DNA from: a virus
Taxonomy: Duplodnaviria > Heunggongvirae > Uroviricota > Caudoviricetes
DNA length: 29,349 bases
Strand: one strand, 5' to 3'
Virus record (IMG/VR): IMGVR_UViG_2671180349_000006
Shown here: piece by piece, positions 21,734-29,349 of the stretch
Layout of the letters: every line of letters starts with the position of its first letter
Position numbering within the stretch: the stretch's first letter is position 1
Notes under the pieces: generated by a model
What the model saw: only the letters and a program-made list of their open reading frames with translations
Databases searched by the model: none
Told to the model about the DNA's origin: nothing
Made by a program: the position numbers and the translations under genes

Positions 21734-22195
21734 CTATCTGCACTGCTCATTAATATACTTCTGGGTTCCTTCCAGTTGTTTTTGCATAGTGATCACCCTC
21801 TCTCTGAGGGTGAAATAATCCCGTTCAGCGGTGTCTGCCAGTCGGGGGCTGGTTGCATTATCCACGCCGGAGGCGGTGGTGGCTTCACGCACTGACTGAC
21901 AGACTGCTTTGATGTGCAACCGACGACGACCAGCGGCAACATCAGCGCGCAGAGTTTCATTTTCAGCTTTCGCATTGGCTAATTCTCTCGAGTACTTTGC
22001 ATCGAGTGCAGCAACATCACGCTGACGCTGCTGCATGTCAGCGATGGTGGCGATCGCCTGCTTCAGCTCACTGACTTTTTTATCACGCTGTTCTTTGTAG
22101 GCGATGGCGTTATCACGGTAATGATTGACCGCCCACGACAGGCAGACGATGATGCAGATAACCAAAGCATAAATAATCGCGGCGACTCTGCTCAC
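21734..22195 (-). CDS. Rz: Rz i-spanin
   Basis: Lambda Rz-like, ...[29 protein letters not shown]...; likely GTG start at 22195 overlapping the endolysin stop (GTGA). Confidence 0.85.
   Translation of the reverse strand: MSRVAAIIYALVICIIVCLSWAVNHYRDNAIAYKEQRDKKVSELKQAIATIADMQQRQRDVAALDAKYSRELANAKAENETLRADVAAGRRRLHIKAVCQSVREATTASGVDNATSPRLADTAERDYFTLRERVITMQKQLEGTQKYINEQCR
21793..21975 (-). CDS. Rz1: Rz1 o-spanin lipoprotein, embedded in Rz in the +1 frame
   Basis: 60 aa, [24 protein letters not shown]...PPPPPAW...; lipobox and proline-rich core as in lambda Rz1. Confidence 0.85.
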   Translation of the reverse strand: MRKLKMKLCALMLPLVVVGCTSKQSVSQCVKPPPPPAWIMQPAPDWQTPLNGIISPSERG

Positions 22196-22725
22196 TGCTC
22201 TATCCCCCAACAGGCTAATGCGCTTTCCTGGTCACGACGAATAACCTGTCCATAGCAGTTATTTGAACGTATGCGGCAATCGCGCCCACCATCTTTTATC
22301 CACCAGCGAATCGCCTCGCATGCGCCCTTACGATCACCGGCATTCAGCCGCTTATAAAACGTCGACGGGAAACACTTACCGGGGCCAATGTTATAGGGAC
22401 AGAATGACGCTATACCCGCTTTTTGTGGTTCGGTCAGTGGTACTTTAATATTGCGCTCCACCCATGCCAGCGCCTTATCACGCTCAATGGCGTTGACCTG
22501 GTCGCATTTTTCCTTCGACAGTTTCATACCGGGAAAAACGGGTTTTCCATCCACCATCGTGGCACCCCGACAGATGGTCCAGATGCCGGACCCATCGCGG
22601 TATGCCGTTGTGTGGTTACCTTCTTTTTCATCCAGAAACTGGTCGAGAATATCAGGCGCGGGCGCACCGACGGCAATCAGTGCCAGAACGGCAGCCGACA
22701 GGCCGTATCTGATTTTTGCGTTCAT
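22192..22725 (-). CDS. R: SAR endolysin (T4-lysozyme-type, signal-anchor-release)
   Basis: N-terminal weakly hydrophobic SAR segment [17 protein letters not shown] followed by E-x8-D-x5-T catalytic spacing ([16 protein letters not shown]). Confidence 0.85.
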   Translation of the reverse strand: MNAKIRYGLSAAVLALIAVGAPAPDILDQFLDEKEGNHTTAYRDGSGIWTICRGATMVDGKPVFPGMKLSKEKCDQVNAIERDKALAWVERNIKVPLTEPQKAGIASFCPYNIGPGKCFPSTFYKRLNAGDRKGACEAIRWWIKDGGRDCRIRSNNCYGQVIRRDQESALACWGIEQ

Positions 22726-22788
22726 GGATATTTATCAGGATTTATCGGTTTCTGCCCACGGACAGGTTTATCTGTTCCGGTCAGTGAC

Positions 22789-23139
22789 TTAAGGTTGTGA
22801 TTCCGGAGGAGTCTTCAGAGAACCAGTAATTCTTCCCGGTAGCTTTCCTTTGTAGGTTATCCATACATTCTGCGCCTCTAAAATTACGGGGCGCTTTTCC
22901 GGCGACTGCTCATCCCCTTCACATAACCCGGCAGCAACATCCAGGAAGACCTGTCTGATGCTCATTCTGGCTGCTGCCTCATAAAACTCCAGCGCGGCAC
23001 CTTCAACACGGTCCAGCGAGATGTCCAGGTCAAAAATTTCACCGTCAAAGCGTTTTTTGTCCCGTAACGCTAAAGTTACCGTAACTTTATTCTCAAAATT
23101 GCGGATCCCTTTCACAATCAGTTCATAGTTTTGAGTCAT
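22789..23139 (-). CDS. Hypothetical soluble acidic protein (116 aa) inserted between holin and endolysin
   Basis: ATG 23139 lies 4 nt after the holin stop with GGGGAGAG upstream; no transmembrane segment; no family I recognise. Confidence 0.6.
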   Translation of the reverse strand: MTQNYELIVKGIRNFENKVTVTLALRDKKRFDGEIFDLDISLDRVEGAALEFYEAAARMSIRQVFLDVAAGLCEGDEQSPEKRPVILEAQNVWITYKGKLPGRITGSLKTPPESQP

Positions 23140-23143
23140 TGAA

Positions 23144-23359
23144 TTACTCTCCCCGTGCAGCCTTACGACGGTCCTCTCTGATTTTGAAATACAGGTTAGT
23201 CAGATATGTCAGCAGCCCAAACAGCAGACTCCCCAGCACGCCTATTGCCGCCCACTGAGACGGGGAAACCCTGTCCAGCAACTGCAGGAACCAGTAGCCC
23301 GTTCCCACCGCTGACGTGGTGTATGACACACCTGTTGTGATTTTTTCCATCTGGTCCAT
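23144..23359 (-). CDS. S: Pinholin (phage 21 S-like) with dual-start motif
   Basis: [71 protein letters not shown]; two transmembrane segments; Met1 and Met4 form a dual start. The ORF-track start at 23464 is an upstream GTG. Confidence 0.85.
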   Translation of the reverse strand: MDQMEKITTGVSYTTSAVGTGYWFLQLLDRVSPSQWAAIGVLGSLLFGLLTYLTNLYFKIREDRRKAARGE

Positions 23360-23666
23360 ACCCCGTCTCCCGTTATCCGGAAGCTGACAACAATAAAAAA
23401 GCCACCAGTTAACTACTGATGGCTCTGATAACTCATGCAAGCGTCTCAGACGACCCACTGACACTACCGGTGAGTTTAACGATACCTTCCATTTGACTGG
23501 CTCACTTTTTATGATGATGCCGGTGCATTTATCTCCAGCACCAGACTTTCTATCTCAACGCCATACGTTGCATTTTTGGTAATATCCGTCAGCGTCAGTG
23601 CATTTAGTCCCACTGCCAGACTGTCTTTTATGGCCTGGAATGCCGGGCCAGTACGATGACGTAGTA

Positions 23667-23870
23667 TCACTCCGGCTCAGTTGCACCACTGACCACCACA
23701 TCACCTTCTGCTGCAATCGCCTGCATCAGGGTATAAGGGGTTATGGCCACCGGACTACCAAACGGCTGCCAGCCCTCTTTCAGTTTATGTGTCAGCTTTT
23801 CCGCAAGATCTGACGGCGGCGCCGCCCTGACAACATCATAGTATTTAAATGCCATGGTTCTTTCCACCAT
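23667..23870 (-). CDS. DUF1737-like small protein, probably the N-terminal fragment of a truncated gene
   Basis: 62-67 aa (MAFKYYDVVRAAPPSDLAEKLTHKLKEGWQPFGSPVAITPY...); a 56-codon open frame with no start codon follows in another frame (23509-23676). Confidence 0.5.
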   Translation of the reverse strand: MVERTMAFKYYDVVRAAPPSDLAEKLTHKLKEGWQPFGSPVAITPYTLMQAIAAEGDVVVSGATEPE

Positions 23871-24114
23871 CTGAAAAATAATTCTTTAAAATACCTGACA
23901 TGTAATACAGAAAAAACACAAAACCATACCTTAAATAAAAACCTGATTATCAAGCAGATATGCATGGATAAACTACAAGACGAGATATAAACCACCCTGT
24001 ATTTAAATAAACAATAAACAACATCAGAAAAATAATTCTGCTCTATGGTTTAATTCAAAAATATCATTTATACTTTTCAGAACATCACCAGCAAGGCATA
24101 AACAAGGAAAGTAA

Positions 24115-24450
24115 ATGAAGTGGATTGTGATTGATACAGTTATCCAGCCATCATGCGGAATATCTTTTTCAGTCATATGGAGTAAAATAAAATTAATAAT
24201 CTGGTATCAATCGGATGCTTTCTTACCTCCTGAAAGTATATTTACACTGACTCACACAGGCATCATGCTCAATAACAAAGTGCTACCTGTAACCATTTAC
24301 AACGTAGTACCATTCAATAAAACATTCTGGAATTTAATCAAAAACAACCAGGAATGCCCTACAAATACAGATAACGTAATGAATGAATGCTTTAATAACC
24401 GTTGCACTCTGCAAATATGTCCTTATGGACTAAAACAACAAAGTCCATAA
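24115..24450 (+). CDS. Hypothetical protein (111 aa) in the AT-rich cargo island, opposite to late transcription
   Basis: ATG 24115 with AAGGAAAG Shine-Dalgarno; very AT-rich upstream region; Cys-rich C-terminus; stop codon lies inside a 10-bp perfect inverted repeat (24421-30 / 24443-52). Confidence 0.5.
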   Translation: MKWIVIDTVIQPSCGISFSVIWSKIKLIIWYQSDAFLPPESIFTLTHTGIMLNNKVLPVTIYNVVPFNKTFWNLIKNNQECPTNTDNVMNECFNNRCTLQICPYGLKQQSP

Positions 24451-24484
24451 GGAGTTTACTCACATCTGACAAAATCAATATAAA

Positions 24485-24506
24485 CAGCCCCTCCGGAGAG
24501 GGGCTG
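24485..24506 (-). terminator. Hairpin with T-rich tail on the minus strand, inside the cargo island
   Basis: Stem CAGCCCCTC/GAGGGGCTG (9 bp), loop CGGA; the minus-strand downstream sequence is TTTATATTGATTTT. Confidence 0.4.
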
Positions 24507-24897
24507 GAGAGTGGCGCTATGTGCCATTGCATGGTGCCGGGTGCCTCCCGGTGAATTCAGTACCAGCACCTGAATCCGCGATTATCCCATATACCTACTC
24601 GCTGATTGCCCCTCCGCACAGGGGGATTCACCATGCCAGTTTCTTTTAACAAACTCCCCGCAAACCAGACAACAGTCAACCGCCTGAATTGTGAAGTATT
24701 TAAAAATTTCTCCCGCTAACTGATACCCGGCTAACAGTCTGGCGTTTTCTTTTTCAGCAACGGGAAAGCAACAACCACCACACCCGCCACCAGCACACCG
24801 TCAGCCAGCACTGACATTATCCGGCTGCTGCAATGCCACTCACAAAAACAGTAAGCAATCACTTTTTACCGTAACAAGTGATAATCCAGATATGTAT

Positions 24898-25224
24898 CTA
24901 CCCCAGATGAGTAATCCGAAGTTCATCCATACCACAGGTACTGGCTATTCTGTTGTACTCCTGAACAAGAGCAAATAATTCTGAATTAGCAACCATGAAC
25001 TCATCGCAAACCCTCTGTATAGCATCACTATTCAGAATAATAACGTCTCTTCCCGAAAGACGATCAGGAGTACAGAACAAAACTGTCAAACGGCTGAAGG
25101 CCTTTGCTCGTCCTGCATTGACTATATCAATACGCTGCCTAAGGATGAAACACCCCGACGCCTCATCAATATTCACTCTACCCACACCATATGAATGATA
25201 AATATTTAATGCTGAAAAAACCAT
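24898..25224 (-). CDS. Hypothetical protein (~108 aa) in the cargo island
   Basis: The ORF-track start is a TTG at 25251; the first ATG is at 25224 without a clear Shine-Dalgarno; no recognisable family. Confidence 0.35.
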   Translation of the reverse strand: MVFSALNIYHSYGVGRVNIDEASGCFILRQRIDIVNAGRAKAFSRLTVLFCTPDRLSGRDVIILNSDAIQRVCDEFMVANSELFALVQEYNRIASTCGMDELRITHLG

Positions 25225-25364
25225 TAGACCGTATAACAAACACTCAATCAATACTTAACAGAACTTTTATTTTTGACAAACATAAAATATTTTCAACAAT
25301 ATCCTGAGCCAGGTATATTTCAGTATAAGGCTCTGCCGGAAGGAATCTGGAAGAATGAATATAG

Positions 25365-25438
25365 CGCGCTGTACTGGATTCGAACCAGTGACCGATTGCT
25401 TAGAAGGCAATTGCTCTGTCCGGCTGAGCTAACAACGC
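25365..25438 (-). tRNA. tRNA-Arg (anticodon UCU), no encoded CCA
   Basis: Minus-strand cloverleaf: acceptor GCGTTGT/ACAGCGC, D-arm GCTC-AGCCGGACA-GAGC, anticodon stem ATTGC/GCAAT with loop CTTCTAA, T-arm ACTGG-TTCGAAT-CCAGT, discriminator G; the 3' trailer is CTA, not CCA. Confidence 0.8.
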
Positions 25439-25538
25439 TGAATACCGATAATGGACCGCCATCGGGGACCCGCCCCCGCACCAACAACCCTGTTATCGTG
25501 TCGTCTGCTCTTCCTGATAAGCTAATGGCGGTTTGTGA

Positions 25539-25614
25539 TGGTGGCCCTTGCTGGATTTGAACCAGCGACCTGGCGATTATGAGTCGCTCGCTCTCACCAC
25601 TGAGCTAAAGGGCC
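25539..25614 (-). tRNA. tRNA with CAU anticodon, ileX/ileZ-like (tRNA-Ile2, lysidine-modified) rather than Met
   Basis: GGCCCTTTAGCTCAGTGGTGAGAGCGAGCGACTCATAATCGCCAGGTCGCTGGTTCAAATCCAGCAAGGGCCACCA; encoded CCA; closely resembles E. coli ileX as remembered. Confidence 0.85.
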
Positions 25615-25651
25615 GGGAGCAGAATAATAACGGTCCGTAATTAATTCCGCA

Positions 25652-25678
25652 ATAAAAAACCCGCTCGGCGGCGGGTTG
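25652..25678 (-). terminator. Intrinsic terminator tR' downstream of the late promoter
   Basis: Minus-strand stem ACCCGC/GCGGGT (25659-25664 / 25671-25676), 6-nt loop, followed by TTTTTT ATT; about 40-60 nt downstream of the predicted pR' start. Confidence 0.6.
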
Positions 25679-25724
25679 TAGAAACTCTTCTAACGTCAGG
25701 CATAAAAAGCCCATTATTATGACG

Positions 25725-25752
25725 AATTTACCACAGATTCCGGAAAAATCAA
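25725..25752 (-). promoter_or_regulatory. Putative late promoter pR' (target of Q antitermination)
   Basis: Minus strand: -35 TTGATT (25752-25747), 16-nt spacer, -10 TAAATT (25730-25725), immediately after the Q stop and before tR'. Confidence 0.45.
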
Positions 25753-25757
25753 CCTTG

Positions 25758-26579
25758 TTACCTAGTTACCTTTTTTAACTGCCGCTCAGCCCATGCTTCT
25801 TCAATATCAAACCGGGTCACCAGCGCATCATAGAATTTCTTAACTGTTTTTTCCCATGACGCGCGTGTTATCTGGTTTGTCACCTCGCATATAGCATTAA
25901 ATGCCTCCGTTGATGGTAGTCTTTCATAGCCACGACCACCACAACGCTGGCAGTCTCTGATAACAGGCATACCACGTTTTACCGACTCTTCACGATGAAT
26001 GGCGACACCACGCCCACGGCAATCCTTACAGGCAGTGGAAACCTCACCCTTTCCGCCACACTCCGGACAGGCAACTTTTACCACCTCCCTGACTTTTTTC
26101 CATTCTTCCCAGTAAGACGAATACACACCTTTCGTACACTTTGCCCATACCGGCGGCTTACCATCCGGATACTGGACCTTGTTTGTAAAAACTACGCTTT
26201 CAATAAATTTTTCCCCATAGCAACAAGGGCACTGCTTTTTACTCGCTGCGCTACGGGCATAATCCTCAAAAGCGTACGAAGCCATAATGCGCATCACTAC
26301 CGGTTTTATTTCTGCCGGAAGTTTTCTCAACGCCGCCACACGATCGCACCGACTGAGTGCATAATCTGCCAGTAATTCTGTTGCCCGCGCCCTGTCATTC
26401 ATACTGATGCCCATTTTCCCCAGGAACGCAGAAAAACCCATCTCAGCCCGATTCTGTGTCATGCCCTGCGCGGCCATCACATCAGTGATACTCAGCGCAT
26501 CTTTTGACGTTGAGGCCGATGCATCGGTCAGGCCAGGGGATTTTGGGGAGTAGTATTTCGGTAAATCTTCCAGTTTCAT
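25758..26579 (-). CDS. Q: Late-gene antitermination protein Q
   Basis: 273 aa with CxxC...CxxC zinc-binding motifs (CPCC, CPEC, CKDC, CQRC); position immediately upstream of pR'-tR' and downstream of rusA. Confidence 0.8.
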   Translation of the reverse strand: MKLEDLPKYYSPKSPGLTDASASTSKDALSITDVMAAQGMTQNRAEMGFSAFLGKMGISMNDRARATELLADYALSRCDRVAALRKLPAEIKPVVMRIMASYAFEDYARSAASKKQCPCCYGEKFIESVVFTNKVQYPDGKPPVWAKCTKGVYSSYWEEWKKVREVVKVACPECGGKGEVSTACKDCRGRGVAIHREESVKRGMPVIRDCQRCGGRGYERLPSTEAFNAICEVTNQITRASWEKTVKKFYDALVTRFDIEEAWAERQLKKVTR

Positions 26580-26593
26580 TTTTTGACCTGCTC

Positions 26594-26956
26594 TTAATGC
26601 ATTATGGGGTAAATCTTCACCCCCAGACGTCCACCAGATACTGGCTGACCACGAACGATATTGATTTCATCAAACTGCTCATCGTCCATTAACACTCCCG
26701 CATGCGTCAGCGCATCCAGCGGTGCTTTCAGGATATTGTCCAGGTCGCGACGACGCTTATCCGGTGGCTCTGCAATCACCTTTATCGCCAGCCTTCCGGA
26801 CAGGTTTAATTTCAGCCGCTGCTGGCGAACAATTAGCGCCACATCACGGCGATAACGCTTTCCGGCCTCCGAGATGAAATACGTATTGCCATGACGTCGC
26901 CAGTAGGTATTCACCGTCGGCGGGTAAGGCAAAACAAATTCTATGCGTTCAGTCAT
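26594..26956 (-). CDS. rusA: Holliday junction resolvase RusA
   Basis: 120 aa with PPDKRRRDLDN and catalytic Asp motifs typical of RusA; its ATG directly follows the upstream stop (TGAATG). Confidence 0.9.
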   Translation of the reverse strand: MTERIEFVLPYPPTVNTYWRRHGNTYFISEAGKRYRRDVALIVRQQRLKLNLSGRLAIKVIAEPPDKRRRDLDNILKAPLDALTHAGVLMDDEQFDEINIVRGQPVSGGRLGVKIYPIMH

Positions 26957-28015
26957 TCATGCTTTCCACTTCAGGACACCCGAATTTCTCGCGTGCATTA
27001 AAAAACGAATCAGCAACAACAGCTGGCTGCCGTGTTTTTCTTCAAAATCTTTTACCCCGGCGTGCAGTTCGTTATGACATTTACGGCACAGCGGAATAAC
27101 AAACAAATCATCAGCCTTTGTTCCCATACCTCCCAGGCCATGACCAATGATGTGATGCGGATCATCTGCCTGATTACCGCACGTCATGCATTTCTGCGTT
27201 TTTACCCAGCGCGTGTATACAGGCATCTCTTCCCGTTGTGGTTTCTGGCGCTGGAGATACTGAGCCGGAGACTCCGGATCAACGGCGATGCTTACTAACG
27301 TCTTTTCCTGGAGTGGGGGCTGTTGCTGGTGGACGTGAAGTGGCAGCGCAATATTTTTTGTGCGCTGCTTCAGTATGCTGGTGGCAGTCTGTTCTCCCGG
27401 TACGATGTCACTCTCACGGTATACGGAGCGGATTTTTTCCACCGGTAATCCCAGTGAACGACACAATACAGACTCCGGAAGCGCATCAGCCACCTGATTG
27501 CAGACCGCCCACCAGGATAATTCGGCCAGCGATAACTCCCTCTCCTGCGTACCGCTGATTGCGTGACGGATGACGTCAATCATCCATGCTGACAAGTTTT
27601 GGTGAGCAAGTTGCTCAAGTGATTCTGAGGTCTGGTCACACAACTGGTTGTCGCAGTGCCAGCACAACACCATTGCGCCGGTACCATAACGGTGAATGAC
27701 GGTTTCACTGTGGTGATAATCACCGTGTGGCCACTGGCAGGATTTAATATGGCGCAACAGCCAGTCAGACAGTGCACCAGCGCCGCCAGCAGCACGAATC
27801 ACACGCTCATTGCTGAAAAATGGCAGTAATGATTTATCCTCCGCCAGCGGCTGGCGAACGGCAGGGACGACTCCGGATGGCAGGCCGCACATGCTTTTCG
27901 GTTCCGGCTCCACCAGCACTCGAGGATTATGAAATATCTGTATGGATTCACGGCCCGGCTTAAGGACCACCAGCCCAAGCTCAGGCACCAGAACAGGTCT
28001 AAGTAATACCCGCAC
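26957..28015 (-). CDS. DUF968-family protein (YdfU-like) with C-terminal HNH-like Cys/His motif
   Basis: ~350 aa; C-terminus CMTCG...HHIIGHG...CRKCHNELH; GTG start at 28015 abuts the upstream stop (an alternative ATG lies at 27892). Confidence 0.75.
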   Translation of the reverse strand: MRVLLRPVLVPELGLVVLKPGRESIQIFHNPRVLVEPEPKSMCGLPSGVVPAVRQPLAEDKSLLPFFSNERVIRAAGGAGALSDWLLRHIKSCQWPHGDYHHSETVIHRYGTGAMVLCWHCDNQLCDQTSESLEQLAHQNLSAWMIDVIRHAISGTQERELSLAELSWWAVCNQVADALPESVLCRSLGLPVEKIRSVYRESDIVPGEQTATSILKQRTKNIALPLHVHQQQPPLQEKTLVSIAVDPESPAQYLQRQKPQREEMPVYTRWVKTQKCMTCGNQADDPHHIIGHGLGGMGTKADDLFVIPLCRKCHNELHAGVKDFEEKHGSQLLLLIRFLMHARNSGVLKWKA

Positions 28016-28016
28016 G

Positions 28017-28289
28017 TTACCTCCAGATCCGTTGCTGGAAAGTGCGGGACGGACGTGGTGGGCGTTCGGAATAAGGCAGCCTGACAGAGATTATCCAGTG
28101 CCGATAGTCGAGACTGAGAGCTTTCTTAACCTCGAACCCGCGCCTGCGGTAAGAATGAATCAGCCATTCGGCCTGTTCTTCAGTACATGGTGGGTGTTGG
28201 TACCAGTCGGTTTTAAATGCGTGTGAACGCCGCTCATGCCGGATGGCAAGGTCGGTATCAGAATTGTGAAATTTGGTTTTGTGCGCCAT
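28017..28289 (-). CDS. Hypothetical nin-region protein (90 aa)
   Basis: ATG at 28289, translationally coupled to the DUF968 gene; basic protein, no family recognised. Confidence 0.5.
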   Translation of the reverse strand: MAHKTKFHNSDTDLAIRHERRSHAFKTDWYQHPPCTEEQAEWLIHSYRRRGFEVKKALSLDYRHWIISVRLPYSERPPRPSRTFQQRIWR

Positions 28290-28359
28290 CTGTTTTCTCT
28301 GCTGGCGCAGCAGGTGTCAGGTGTTCAGGCTGACGTGCGAATTGTAAACCAGAATGCCA

Positions 28360-28388
28360 GGAAAAAACAAAACCCGCCGAAGCGGGTT
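28360..28388 (-). terminator. Intrinsic terminator at the 3' end of the hok transcript
   Basis: Minus-strand stem AACCCGC/GCGGGTT (28371-28377 / 28382-28388), loop of 4, followed by TTTTGTTTTTT. Confidence 0.55.
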
Positions 28389-28456
28389 AAGTGCGGGTGC
28401 GTTGAGGATGCCTGACACATCAGCGGTGGCGAGGGATTTCTCCCCCGCCTGGTCTC

Positions 28457-28612
28457 TTACTCCTCAGGTTCGTAAGCTGTGAAGACAGCGACCTCCGTCT
28501 GGCCGGTTCGGATTCGTACCTCGCAGAGGTCTTTCCTCGTTACCAGTGCCGTCACTATGACGGTTAAACAGATGACGATCAGGGCGATTAACATCGCCTT
28601 TTGCTGCTTCAT
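28457..28612 (-). CDS. hok: Hok-family type I toxin (51 aa)
   Basis: Translates to MKQQKAMLIALIVICLTVIVTALVTRKDLCEVRIRTGQTEVAVFTAYEPEE, a canonical Hok/Gef sequence; below the ORF-track size cutoff. Confidence 0.9.
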   Translation of the reverse strand: MKQQKAMLIALIVICLTVIVTALVTRKDLCEVRIRTGQTEVAVFTAYEPEE

Positions 28613-28800
28613 AGCCTGCTTCTCCTTGACCTTTCGGTCCGTAAGAGGCTAATCTCTATGTGTCGCATAGATATGGCCTCAGATTAATGTTAAGCGTCTT
28701 GCAGGACGCGTAATGTTAACTGGGGCTTTTCTCTATCTGCCTTTTGGTGTTCATGCCTGAGACAGATAGCCTCAAGCACCCGCAGTCATTCTACTTAACT
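28613..28800. promoter_or_regulatory. hok leader region expected to carry the mok overlap and antisense sok RNA
   Basis: A short upstream frame (MRHIEISLLRTERSRRSRL) ends by overlapping the hok ATG; inverted repeats at 28731-28769; placement by analogy to hok/sok loci. Confidence 0.35.
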
Positions 28801-28870
28801 AAGATTTCCCCGCAAACCGTTTTTGTCCGGCACAGTAAATATCCAACTAAACCAATGGCGTTCGCTGTAT

Positions 28871-29050
28871 TTACCGCCAGTATTCAATGCACATGACCGC
28901 CATGAACACCCCTAAAAAAAGGGCATTTATATATCCAAATATTAATATCAAAACATCAACTTTTTCCATATACCTTGCTGTGAAGATGATGGGCATACAT
29001 GATACGAACAACCAGAACGCAACAAACAAAAACTGCAATGCGTTTTTCAT
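28871..29050 (-). CDS. Hypothetical small membrane protein (59 aa), AT-rich
   Basis: AGGAGG 6 nt upstream of ATG 29050; translates to MKNALQFLFVAFWLFVSCMPIIFTARYMEKVDVLILIFGYINALFLGVFMAVMCIEYWR, with two predicted transmembrane helices. Confidence 0.5.
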   Translation of the reverse strand: MKNALQFLFVAFWLFVSCMPIIFTARYMEKVDVLILIFGYINALFLGVFMAVMCIEYWR

Positions 29051-29166
29051 TATTCCTCCTACAATCAATGTGCAATTACATTTAAACACACCTCAGTTTG
29101 GCCGGACATATAAATATCTAAACCAGAAAAAATCACTTACATAGCGTTACAAACTCTTTAGTCTAA

Positions 29167-29347
<181 letters not shown>

Positions 29348-29349
29348 TA

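Noticed and set aside
22423-22800. Plus-strand ORFs of 113-125 aa
   Set aside because: Antisense of the SAR endolysin gene.
23871-25364. Shiga toxin genes at the canonical position
   Set aside because: Neither ORF in the island resembles StxA or StxB in length, signal peptide or remembered sequence.
25441-25538. Third tRNA between the Ile and Arg tRNAs, expected by analogy with ileZ-argN-argO
   Set aside because: No T-arm (GGTTCGAATCC-like) or cloverleaf could be folded from this spacer on either strand.

Overview
This window is the late (lysis and morphogenesis) half of a mosaic lambdoid prophage of an E. coli-like enterobacterium, lying in reverse orientation so that nearly all genes are on the minus strand. 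From high to low coordinate: a small membrane-protein gene, a hok type I toxin locus, nin-region genes (hypothetical 90 aa, DUF968, RusA), antiterminator Q, a late promoter/terminator pair (pR'-tR'), two tRNA genes (Ile-CAU type and Arg-UCU), an AT-rich ~1.5 kb cargo island at the position where Stx phages carry stx, a phage-21-type lysis cassette (pinholin, an unknown inserted ORF, SAR endolysin, Rz/Rz1) with convergent bor, an HNH endonuclease, terminase small and large subunits, HK97-type portal, protease and major capsid, head-tail joining genes, and a lambda-type tail module (V, G-T with a -1 frameshift site, H, M, L, K, I, J), then lom and a side tail fibre gene that runs off the window start. 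The most interesting unexplained parts are the cargo island between the tRNAs and the lysis genes, and the ORF sitting between holin and endolysin. Protein identities rest on my reading of the translations against remembered phage families; no database search was run. Coordinates were checked against the printed sequence; the ORF track evidently allows GTG/TTG starts, so several starts were re-placed on ATG codons with a Shine-Dalgarno.
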